Shown here: positions 18,905 to 27,597 of the stretch, piece after piece
Position numbering within the stretch: position 1 is the stretch's first letter
Layout of the letters: the number at the start of each line of letters is the position of its first letter
DNA from: Candidatus Harpocratesius repetitus
GTDB lineage: Archaea; Asgardarchaeota; Lokiarchaeia; Sigyniarchaeales; Promethearchaeaceae
Length of the DNA: 32,000 nt
Direction of reading: 5' to 3'
NCBI GenBank assembly: GCA_021498095.1
Contig: JAIZWK010000001.1
Coordinates: forward strand, 2,850,001 to 2,882,000
The notes under the pieces: model-generated
What the model was told of the DNA's origin: nothing
Seen by the model: the letters and a program-made list of their open reading frames with translations, nothing else
The model's database searches: none
Made by a program: the position numbers and the translations under genes

Positions 18905-19633
18905 ATGAAGAAAAATACATATTTTGCCTTGGGAATTATATTAACAATTTGTTTTAACATCACAGTTATGAATGCTTCAGCAGCTACAGAATGGACAGTA
19001 AAACAAGGTGAATACTTAGAATACTCTGTAAAGATCCAAAACGATGGCATTGTAACAGCTGAAGGAACTTTCAATTTGACAATAGGTGCAATCGACACTG
19101 CAGCAGAAACACTACAATATAGCATATCTTCTGATCTAAGCGTAGACACAATCAATTTGGCACAATCTTTAGATGTGACCTCACAGCAAATTAACGAACC
19201 TTATTTATCCTTAACCGCATTCAATGTTATCGCCATATACGATCACAATGCATTTATTATATTCAAGAATGACACAGACCACTATATTAAAGAACTTTCA
19301 GAAGAATACATGGAAACATACGGAGATTTTGATACTTATCGATACGGAATTAAACAGTTATCATATGGATGGGAAATAAAACTTTGGAATATTCCAAGTA
19401 ATGTTAATACTTATTTCAAAATACAATACGATAAAGATGGCATTCTCACAACGTTTGAAAACAGCACACTTTCATCTGATGGAAAAGAAACCGGAGTAAA
19501 AATAAGCCTTTTGAAATATTCAGGTGCCTCTGGGGGAATACCAGGTTATTCCGGATGGTTTATTGCTGGATTTTCTTTGATCACCTTTGGAACTTTAGCA
19601 ATTGTTGTGATAAAGAAGCAGAAATCTAAATAA
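18905..19633 (+). CDS. secreted/surface protein with C-terminal IPGY-TM-basic (Loki-CTERM-like) sorting signal
   Basis: Signal peptide MKKNTYFALGIILTICFNITVMNASA; C-terminus GGIPGYSGWFIAGFSLITFGTLAIVVIKKQKSK; GGAGG Shine-Dalgarno-like sequence upstream. Confidence 0.75.
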   Translation: MKKNTYFALGIILTICFNITVMNASAATEWTVKQGEYLEYSVKIQNDGIVTAEGTFNLTIGAIDTAAETLQYSISSDLSVDTINLAQSLDVTSQQINEPYLSLTAFNVIAIYDHNAFIIFKNDTDHYIKELSEEYMETYGDFDTYRYGIKQLSYGWEIKLWNIPSNVNTYFKIQYDKDGILTTFENSTLSSDGKETGVKISLLKYSGASGGIPGYSGWFIAGFSLITFGTLAIVVIKKQKSK

Positions 19634-19637
19634 TTTA

Positions 19638-19790
19638 GAAAAAGTGCTTTTTTTTGTTTTTTATATCTATTTCTCTTTTTTCGATTTTTTTAAAAATAAA
19701 ATTATAGAAAATGAAAGAGAAATATGAATAGGAAATATGTAGAAGAATAAGGAAAAAAATGAAGAAAAAGGAAATAAACGAAAATTATAT
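19638..19790. terminator. U-rich tracts between convergent genes
   Basis: T runs on the + strand just after 19633 and A-rich runs (T on the - strand) just after the aminopeptidase stop, consistent with archaeal U-tract termination. Confidence 0.4.
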
Positions 19791-19792
19791 CC

Positions 19793-20902
19793 TTAGATTA
19801 ACCATTTTCCTGCTTGATAAATCACTTTTCCATCAGCAATTACTTTTGAATCAGAGGATTTCATATCTTTCAATATATCCCAATGAATGGCACAATCTTG
19901 ATTTTCACTTTTTGTTTCGGGAAATCCCATTCCCAATGCCATGTGTAATGTACCACCTATCTTTTCATCAAAAAGCATATTTTTAGTGAATTTTTGTATG
20001 CCATAGTTAGTTCCAATTGCAAATTCGCCAACTTTATCAGCATTTTTAATTTTTAGAATAGTATCCAGTAATTCCTGCCCTTCTTCAGCAGTGGCATGAA
20101 CGACTTTACCATCTTTAAATTCTAAATATATATTCTTGATTTCTTTTCCTTGATAAATTCCAGGATATGTAAACCGAATATGTCCATTAATGGATGTTTC
20201 AATAGGACTGGTAAATATTTCCCCATCTGGCAGATTCTCATGACCACAGCAATTAATCCAAGGTCTATTTTTAACTGAAAGTGTTAAATCGGTATCTTCA
20301 CCAAGAACATGAATTTGATCAAATGTATTTAAGATTTGGACTTTTTTATCTTGTTCTGCTTCCACTTGTTTCCAATAAGCAGCCGGATCTGATTCACCAA
20401 GCTTTAGTGCATTATATACAAATTCTTTATAAGATTCAGTATCCATCTTAGCTTCTTGTGCCATGCTGTCACAAGGATAAGGAACAATTACCCACTTTAA
20501 CTCCTTTTTAGCGACCCTTTCTTGATATGTACGCATTAATTCAGGAAATTCTGGATTATGTTGAATCATATTCAGCTTCTCAGGATTAATTAACGCCATT
20601 TTCTGTCTATTGTAATCTGCAAAAATCTGAATTCGTTTCTGAAATTGCTTAACAATCAATTTTGAAATAGGATCAATGAATTTAAGCTGTTCATCAGTTC
20701 CAAATTTTAATTTTGCCACGTGAATTCCCTTAATTTCAGAAATCGCATATGGATGGGCACCTTTCTTAATACATTCGATGTAAATTGCGCGAATTAAATC
20801 GTTGGCAACTTCAGAACCTTCAATTGAAACTAAATCACCTGGTTGGACATCAAGGGCATAGTTAACAGTTAACTGAGCCAATTTTTCATTAAAATCGTTC
20901 AT
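19793..20902 (-). CDS. M29 family aminopeptidase (thermophilic metalloprotease, AmpS/AmpT-like)
   Basis: NLPDGEIFTSP, GEFAIGTN, FDEKIGGTLHMALG and AIHWD motifs. Confidence 0.93.
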   Translation of the reverse strand: MNDFNEKLAQLTVNYALDVQPGDLVSIEGSEVANDLIRAIYIECIKKGAHPYAISEIKGIHVAKLKFGTDEQLKFIDPISKLIVKQFQKRIQIFADYNRQKMALINPEKLNMIQHNPEFPELMRTYQERVAKKELKWVIVPYPCDSMAQEAKMDTESYKEFVYNALKLGESDPAAYWKQVEAEQDKKVQILNTFDQIHVLGEDTDLTLSVKNRPWINCCGHENLPDGEIFTSPIETSINGHIRFTYPGIYQGKEIKNIYLEFKDGKVVHATAEEGQELLDTILKIKNADKVGEFAIGTNYGIQKFTKNMLFDEKIGGTLHMALGMGFPETKSENQDCAIHWDILKDMKSSDSKVIADGKVIYQAGKWLI

Positions 20903-21131
20903 AATACATACCTTGCAATATTTTTAGAAAAAAAATATAGTAAGTATTTAAAGTGTGTATCATTTATAAAATTATGTATTAATGATATGTAATTGAATAA
21001 TAAAATCAAAAAGAATTAAGCTCGTCTATATTGAAGTTAATTTTTAATAAAATAGAAGCGATAAAGAAAATAGATGAAATATTAGAAAATAAAAACGAAC
21101 TTTTTTAGGAAACCATTAGTTATTTTTTTTT

Positions 21132-21614
21132 ATGCCAACACGACGAGTGAAAGTTCCTATAAATAAAAAAGCTAAAGGGGAATCTTTTTCGAAAGAATTA
21201 GAAAAATCAGGACGTTATATGATCGGAATTACATTAGAAAGCTTAAAAACTGTTGGAAAATACGATCTAATGAATAGGACAAATGAATTTTATTTTAGAG
21301 TTGATTCAAAAGGTGTCCTTCACACGCGAGTACCAAATAAAGGATGTATTGAATTACGAGAGAACCAAGCGTTTCTTGGAAAATCAGATAAATTAACTTT
21401 GTGGAGCGAATTTGTTAAATTTAAAAAAGATGAAGAGAGAGTTGTAGAAGTTGAAATTCAAATGCGAGAGGAGGATCCAGGAAAAGATCAAATTTTAGCT
21501 AAGAAAACTTTTACAATCAAATGTCCTTCAGCAACAAAATATGAAATTTTGCAGAGTAAGGATGGTTTAACAAAAGCAAAATTAAAGATTTATGCAAAAA
21601 AAACACTATATTAA
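21132..21614 (+). CDS. hypothetical soluble basic protein, possible C2-like beta-sandwich
   Basis: Beta-rich pattern with C2-like loops KYDLMNRTNEFYF and MREEDPGKDQIL; no signal peptide. Followed by a 13-T tract at 21644-21656. Confidence 0.5.
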   Translation: MPTRRVKVPINKKAKGESFSKELEKSGRYMIGITLESLKTVGKYDLMNRTNEFYFRVDSKGVLHTRVPNKGCIELRENQAFLGKSDKLTLWSEFVKFKKDEERVVEVEIQMREEDPGKDQILAKKTFTIKCPSATKYEILQSKDGLTKAKLKIYAKKTLY

Positions 21615-21963
21615 GGTTAAATTTAATTGTTTTCATTCTATTATTTTTTTTTTTTTCCAAATTAATCTTTGAGGTTCTTGCAACTTCTTTATTTTTGTTT
21701 GAATTACAATTTCTATTCTTTCTGCTCTGACAATAATCCATTGTTATATTTAAATACCTAATATTTTAAAAAAAAATTATAATAATTTCAATAAAAAAAT
21801 AAAAGAAAAATAGAACAAAATTGAAATGAAAACAACCGTATGTGGCAAAAGGCGCAAACTTTTTAATATTTCAAATAAATGTCTACCCAAATGAATAAGT
21901 TCGATTCTACCTAATTCCACAAGATGGAAACGAATTTATTTGTAATAATAGAATGTAATTACA

Positions 21964-22515
21964 ATGAAACAATTAGATCTTGGAAAAATACATTTTTATT
22001 ATGGAATGGGAACAGGAAAAACATCCATTGCTATGGGTCGAATTGTCCGCTGCTTAGGGCATAATTTACGCCCAATTCTAGTCCAATTCTTGAAGAAACA
22101 CGATCCATCGTCTTCAAAAGGCTTTTTTTATGGAGAATATATTACTTTCACAGAACGTTTACAAATTCCTGTAATACAATTTGGTAATTATAGTTTTGTC
22201 AAAACCCCTGCACAGATTGAAGCAAATCGCAAATTAGCTGCAGATGCCTTAAAAAAAACTCAAGAAATTCTAAAATCTACAGATTATGACTTGATAGTTC
22301 TTGATGAAATTGGTTCAATGGTAGAATTGGGCTTATATTCTGAAGATGATATTATTTTAGTTTTAAAAGACCGAAATCAAAAAGCAGAAATTATTATGAC
22401 CGGACACAAACCCCTTGAAAAGATTATAGATATGGCTGATTATGTGACATATTTGCAAGAAATAAAACACCCTTTTCAAAAAGGAGTACAAGCTCGAAAG
22501 GGAGTTGAATTTTAA
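21964..22515 (+). CDS. cobO: cob(I)yrinic acid a,c-diamide / cob(I)alamin adenosyltransferase (CobO/BtuR/CobA type)
   Basis: YYGMGTGKTSIAMG P-loop, VQFLK, DLIVLDEI, EIIMTG and KHPFQKGVQARKGVEF. Confidence 0.92.
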   Translation: MKQLDLGKIHFYYGMGTGKTSIAMGRIVRCLGHNLRPILVQFLKKHDPSSSKGFFYGEYITFTERLQIPVIQFGNYSFVKTPAQIEANRKLAADALKKTQEILKSTDYDLIVLDEIGSMVELGLYSEDDIILVLKDRNQKAEIIMTGHKPLEKIIDMADYVTYLQEIKHPFQKGVQARKGVEF

Positions 22516-22730
22516 ACTTAATTAGAAGAAAATGAGAACTTATATTCAAAACCGACATAATTTATTTAATGGACTATCATCAAAAAATAGATAGATAGGA
22601 AAAAAATACATGAATTCAGCAATACAGAACTAATAACGTAATCTAAAGTAGAATTAATTAAATATATAATCCAACAAAAAATAAAACGTAAAACAAGATA
22701 ATAATCAGATACAAAAAAGAAGTGTTTAAT

Positions 22731-24443
22731 ATGACAGAAAATACGAAAGAATCGCTCAATAAAAAAATCTTAGAAGAGACTGAGCGTTGGATTAACACCA
22801 CAGTTGCACAATCTTTAAAAAAAGTGCCAGAGCGAAAGAGAAATTTCAAAACATTATCAAATATTCCAGTAAAAGCTTTGTACACACCAGTAGATATTGG
22901 GAATCTAGATTATTTTGATGATTTAGGTTTTCCTGGTGAATATCCTTATTTAAGAGGTGCACAAGCTACCAGCTATCGAGCACGGTTTTGGACTATGCGT
23001 CAATTTGCTGGTCTTGGAACAGCGAAGGAAACCAATCAAAGATTTAAGTATTTAATCCAAAATGGGCAAACAGGTTTGTCGGTTGCCTTTCATCTTCCAA
23101 CAATTTATGGTTATGAATCGGGATCACCAATGAGTGCAGGTGAAATCGGCAAAGAAGGTGTTGCAATTGATACATTAGCGGATATGGAGGTTGTTTTTGA
23201 TGGAATTGATCTTAGCAAAATCTCCACCTCAATGACTATTAACGCACCAGCATCAATACTTCTCGCAATGTATATTGCAGTAGGAGAAAAGAAAGGAGTT
23301 CCTATGGAAAAACTAACAGGAACCATACAGAATGATATTTTAAAGGAGTATCAAGCTCAAAAATCGTATATTTTTCCTCCTGAACCTTCCATGCGCTTGA
23401 TTGTGGATACTATTGAGTTTTGCACTAATCATGTACCAAAATGGAATACAATCAGTATTAGTGGATATCACATTCGAGAAGCAGGTTCGACAGCAGTTCA
23501 AGAGTTAGCGTTTACTTTGGCAAATGGATTCGCTTATGTTGAAGCAGGAATGGCTCGAGGGTTAAATGTTGATGATTTTGCACCCCGTCTATCCTTCTTT
23601 TTCAATGCTCATAACAATTTCTTTGAAGAAATCGCAAAATATCGAGCAGCTCGACGTATTTGGGCGAGACATATGAAAGAGATATATCATGCAAAAGATC
23701 CACGCTCATGGCGTTTACGATTCCATACACAAACTGCTGGTGTTTCACTAACAGCACAAGAACCTTATAACAACATTATTCGAGTTACATTACAGGCACT
23801 AGCAGCAGTATTAGGAGGAACACAATCACTTCACACAAACTCATTTGATGAAGCATTAGCTCTTCCATCTGAAGAAGCAGTTAAAATAGCTTTGCGAACC
23901 CAACAAATTATTGCACATGAATCAGGAGCAGCTGATGTTATTGATCCTCTTGGTGGTTCATACTATGTTGAATGGTTGACTAATCAAATGGAGGCCGAAG
24001 CAGAAAAATATTTTGAACATATCAAGAAATTAGGAAATGGATCAATGCTCCAAGGTGCTTATGTTGGTATAAAGAATAATTTTTATCAACGTGAAATCGC
24101 AAATGCTTCATACCAATATCAAAAAGAGATAGAAACTAAAGAACTTGTGCAAGTGAGTGTTAATGAATTCAAAATTGAGGAAGAACTAGATAAAAAACCG
24201 GAAATTCTTAAAATTTCTGAACATGTTGCTGAAAAACAGATACAAAATCTTCAAAAAGTAAAAAGTGAGCGTGATAATGCTCGAGCTCAAGAATGTTTAC
24301 AAACCTTACGTGAAAAAGCAAAGACTAATGAAAATCTAATGCCATATATTTTAGATGCGGTTAAAGCTTACTGCTCAGTTGGAGAAATTGTGGATGTATT
24401 TCGAGAAGTCTTTGGTGTTTATCGTGAGGATTCAATTTTTTAA
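22731..24443 (+). CDS. B12-dependent acyl-CoA mutase, large (substrate-binding) subunit; methylmalonyl-CoA mutase family with isobutyryl-CoA mutase-type residues
   Basis: [50 protein letters not shown] and [12 protein letters not shown]. The ATG at 22731 is preferred over the GTG at 22722. Confidence 0.93.
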   Translation: MTENTKESLNKKILEETERWINTTVAQSLKKVPERKRNFKTLSNIPVKALYTPVDIGNLDYFDDLGFPGEYPYLRGAQATSYRARFWTMRQFAGLGTAKETNQRFKYLIQNGQTGLSVAFHLPTIYGYESGSPMSAGEIGKEGVAIDTLADMEVVFDGIDLSKISTSMTINAPASILLAMYIAVGEKKGVPMEKLTGTIQNDILKEYQAQKSYIFPPEPSMRLIVDTIEFCTNHVPKWNTISISGYHIREAGSTAVQELAFTLANGFAYVEAGMARGLNVDDFAPRLSFFFNAHNNFFEEIAKYRAARRIWARHMKEIYHAKDPRSWRLRFHTQTAGVSLTAQEPYNNIIRVTLQALAAVLGGTQSLHTNSFDEALALPSEEAVKIALRTQQIIAHESGAADVIDPLGGSYYVEWLTNQMEAEAEKYFEHIKKLGNGSMLQGAYVGIKNNFYQREIANASYQYQKEIETKELVQVSVNEFKIEEELDKKPEILKISEHVAEKQIQNLQKVKSERDNARAQECLQTLREKAKTNENLMPYILDAVKAYCSVGEIVDVFREVFGVYREDSIF

Positions 24444-24472
24444 AATTCTATAAAAAAGAAAGTTGTGATTAT

Positions 24473-24868
24473 ATGGAACGTAAAATACGATTAATAGTGG
24501 CTAAACCAGGTTTAGATGGACATGATCGAGGAGCAAAAGTGATTGCTCGTGGGCTCCGAGATGCTGGTTTTGAAGTAATTTATACAGGATTGCATCAAAC
24601 TCCAGATGATATTGTGCAGAGCGTGATACAAGAAGATCCCGATGCGCTTTTACTATCAATTCTCTCTGGGGCTCACCCAGTTTTGTTTCCTGAAATAACC
24701 AAAAAATTACATGAAAATGGTGTTGATGATGTGTTGGTTTTGGGGGGTGGAATAATTCCTGAAGAAGATGTTCCAGCTCTGAAAGAAGCAGGAGTTAGTG
24801 AAGTATTTGGACCAGGAACGAAGATTCAAGAAATTGCAGATTATATTCGCGCTAATTTAAAGCGATAA
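24473..24868 (+). CDS. acyl-CoA mutase small, cobalamin-binding subunit
   Basis: [15 protein letters not shown] (DxHxxG), LSILSGAH and GGGIIP. Confidence 0.94.
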   Translation: MERKIRLIVAKPGLDGHDRGAKVIARGLRDAGFEVIYTGLHQTPDDIVQSVIQEDPDALLLSILSGAHPVLFPEITKKLHENGVDDVLVLGGGIIPEEDVPALKEAGVSEVFGPGTKIQEIADYIRANLKR

Positions 24869-24968
24869 AAAGATTTTCAAGCTTAAGTTAATTTCTTTTT
24901 TTACTATATATTTACAAGTGAAAAATTTTTTCTTTCAGTGTTTATGCGACATTTACGGAGTTTAAAAG

Positions 24969-26015
24969 ATGCAAATGCAATATTCTGATGATCTCATTCA
25001 ATCTTACATAGATTTAATAAAACAGAAAGAAGACTCAGTCAAAAAAAAGAGAGCGTTAGCGCGATTAATAACTTTAATTGAAAATGGTGGTCCAGAAATC
25101 GCGCAGAAGATCATTCCTCAAATTTACAATTTAACAGGGCATGCAAAAATCATCGGTATTACCGGCGCACCTGGTTCCGGCAAATCTACTCTAACCTCCC
25201 AAATAGCAGATCATTACTTGGAGCAAGGATTAAAAGTTAGCGTTATAGCTGTTGACCCTACATCTCCATTCAGCGGAGGTGCTCTTTTGGGAGATCGAAT
25301 TCGAATGAAGAAAAATTTTACAAATCCACGATTTTTCATTCGATCCATGGCAAATCGGGGCCAATTAGGAGGTTTAGCCATGGCCACTAAAGATGTTATT
25401 CATGTTTTAGATGCATATCACAGCGATATTATTATTATCGAAACGGTAGGCGTTGGGCAATCAGAAATTGATATTTTTAAGAGTGCTCATACTACTTTAG
25501 TAATTACACCCCCAGGATTAGGAGATGAAATTCAAGCAATTAAAGCAGGTTTAATGGAAATAACGGATATATTCGTGGTAAACAAAATGGATAGAGACGG
25601 AGCGGACAAACGCGTAGCAGAGTTGCAAACAATGCTAGATTTCGCAGAAAATATTGAAATTAAAAATGATCAAACCCAAGCAAAAGTTGTTCGTTGTGAT
25701 GGATGGCGACCTCCTGTGATAAAAACAAACGGAGTAACTGGAGAAAATGTCCCTCTATTATTGGAGAATATTAAAAAACATCAAGAATTCTTGAATCAAA
25801 CAGGATTTATAAAAAAAAGATTGCAATTTAGATATAAACACTATATAGTTGAAATTTTGAAATATTTTTTGGTTAAAAATGTTGAAGAAATTGTTTTTAC
25901 AAATGAGAAAATTAACGAATTCATCGAGAAGATTTTAAGTCATGAACAAGGTGCTGATCCCTATTCAATATCTGGTGCAATCATGGAAATATTTCGGGAT
26001 CGCTATTTTTCATAA
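24969..26015 (+). CDS. meaB: MeaB/ArgK family metallochaperone GTPase
   Basis: GITGAPGSGKST, AVDPTSPFSGGALLGDRIRM, FIRSMANRG, ETVGVGQSE and VNKMD. Confidence 0.94.
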   Translation: MQMQYSDDLIQSYIDLIKQKEDSVKKKRALARLITLIENGGPEIAQKIIPQIYNLTGHAKIIGITGAPGSGKSTLTSQIADHYLEQGLKVSVIAVDPTSPFSGGALLGDRIRMKKNFTNPRFFIRSMANRGQLGGLAMATKDVIHVLDAYHSDIIIIETVGVGQSEIDIFKSAHTTLVITPPGLGDEIQAIKAGLMEITDIFVVNKMDRDGADKRVAELQTMLDFAENIEIKNDQTQAKVVRCDGWRPPVIKTNGVTGENVPLLLENIKKHQEFLNQTGFIKKRLQFRYKHYIVEILKYFLVKNVEEIVFTNEKINEFIEKILSHEQGADPYSISGAIMEIFRDRYFS

Positions 26016-26040
26016 TTTGGGAATAAGGAAATGAAATAGA

Positions 26041-26805
26041 ATGCAAAAACAACTGCTTGTGTACGGAGGTGGAAAATTTGGGTCTCATGTTTTTGAAAAA
26101 TTCCATGAAACATTCCGTTTGTTTATTATTGATAATGATCCGAATTGTTCTGCGAGCAGTTTACCAATTTCAAAAGATTATAGTACTAATTGGAACCATA
26201 TTCGAGATCAAATCAATCATACCAAAGATTCACTTTTCATTTTAGGAGATATTGAAATAGTTATGCATTTTTTGGAAGAAATTCCATTTGAATACCTAAT
26301 TCCAGTTGTTCCAATCCATGTTATGAAAGAAATAATACTTAAATCCCTAAACAATTGGTTTCCAGAAATAAACTTTAAAAATGGGACAATACCTCCTATT
26401 CCACCTGATCTAATTCCCAAAGAGTTACAAATATTTTCAGAAAACTCTTATACAATCTTTTTTTCTTATGCAAAATGGGAAGAAAAATGCCCAATTAATT
26501 GTTCTGGTCCATTAGGTTATTGTCCAATCCACAAACGATTAAAACCAATTTCTATTACCGATCTTTGCCGCACAGCTTGGCCAAATCCCTCAAATTTCTT
26601 ATTTGAAAGTTACCAATTAGCTCCAGGAATTGGAGGAATTCCTTCTACAGAGATAAGGAAAAAATTAGGTAAATTACGAAATTTATGTGAAAAAGAATTT
26701 AATAATCCCAGAGGAGTAAAATCTGCAAAAATTTCAGAAGAAATTCTTGTATGCACTACATGTAATTGTCATGGAGTCGCTTCTGGTCTCACTTATGTAA
26801 AATAG
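26041..26805 (+). CDS. hypothetical protein with an N-terminal Rossmann GxGxxG motif and Cys-rich putative metal sites
   Basis: LLVYGGGKFG...FIID; CPINCSGPLGYC; SYQLAPGIGG; CTTCNCHGV. Confidence 0.65.
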   Translation: MQKQLLVYGGGKFGSHVFEKFHETFRLFIIDNDPNCSASSLPISKDYSTNWNHIRDQINHTKDSLFILGDIEIVMHFLEEIPFEYLIPVVPIHVMKEIILKSLNNWFPEINFKNGTIPPIPPDLIPKELQIFSENSYTIFFSYAKWEEKCPINCSGPLGYCPIHKRLKPISITDLCRTAWPNPSNFLFESYQLAPGIGGIPSTEIRKKLGKLRNLCEKEFNNPRGVKSAKISEEILVCTTCNCHGVASGLTYVK

Positions 26806-26865
26806 AAAAAGGACTTTAAAAAAAATAACCAAAATAAGTATTGCGTTAAAATTAGCACTTTTTTC

Positions 26866-27318
26866 TTAATAATTCGGCATTCTTCGTTTATTATGATATT
26901 CATCTTCAATAGTAGCAATATAAGTTCGTTGATCTTGCAGATCTCTAATTATTTCATTAAGATGATAGTATACTTGTTTTTGAATATTATCGGTATGATC
27001 TCCTGCATGCATAAATCGAGTGATTTTGACAATTAATTTGGCACTTTCTTTATATTTTTTATTAACATTTGGCAATTCACGAGATGTATTCACATTATAA
27101 TAATAATCTACTGCATTTGATATGTTCTGAATATTTATTGCCAGCATTTTCGCTTTCAATGGGCTGTTAAGACATTTTTCGAGATTATTCTTAATTTGTT
27201 CAAGATTTTTATTCAATTTTGCGCGTTTTGCTTCATATTCTGCTTGAGAAAATTTATGGGAAACTTTATCATCATTATTCTTTTTGTTATTACTTCTTAT
27301 CATATGATTTTGAACCAT
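26866..27318 (-). CDS. hypothetical helical protein
   Basis: 150-aa ORF with a GGAGG Shine-Dalgarno-like sequence upstream (about 27329-27333); no recognisable motif. Confidence 0.6.
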   Translation of the reverse strand: MVQNHMIRSNNKKNNDDKVSHKFSQAEYEAKRAKLNKNLEQIKNNLEKCLNSPLKAKMLAINIQNISNAVDYYYNVNTSRELPNVNKKYKESAKLIVKITRFMHAGDHTDNIQKQVYYHLNEIIRDLQDQRTYIATIEDEYHNKRRMPNY

Positions 27319-27597
27319 TTTAATTATACCTCCAAAATAAATTTAAATATTTTTCTGGAAAATATTCGAATGAAAGTCGCTTCAGGTATCAAGCAAATCT
27401 ATGATTCTAAGGAAATATCTGCATTTCTGAAGTGTATTAAAAATATCGAAAAGTTTTTTCTTATTTCATACTTAGAAATTCAATTGACTAGATCGATCAA
27501 TTTTACTTATCAATTTCACCGAGTACATGCATATTAATATTTGCTTTTTTGGTATAATATTATTTGAAGACATTTTTTTTTTAATAGAAAAAGTGTA

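Noticed and set aside
21838-21862. GGCAAA...GGCGCAAA resembling a c-di-GMP-I riboswitch, or a cobalamin riboswitch upstream of cobO
   Set aside because: There is no room for the required intervening GNRA stem-loop, and no B12-box or supporting helices are visible in the AT-rich flanks.
970-27537. Short antisense/shadow ORFs in the track (e.g. 970-1290, 2122-2331, 3351-3536, 3934-4353, 6060-6281, 8937-9140, 10172-10357, 11510-11848, 12830-13069, 15095-15280, 17584-17931, 18337-18519, 18652-18846, 18886-19155, 19759-19986, 21517-21741, 22658-22885, 23111-23326, 26057-26245, 26217-26420, 27196-27537)
   Set aside because: They overlap well-supported genes on the opposite strand or in another frame and carry no recognisable motifs.
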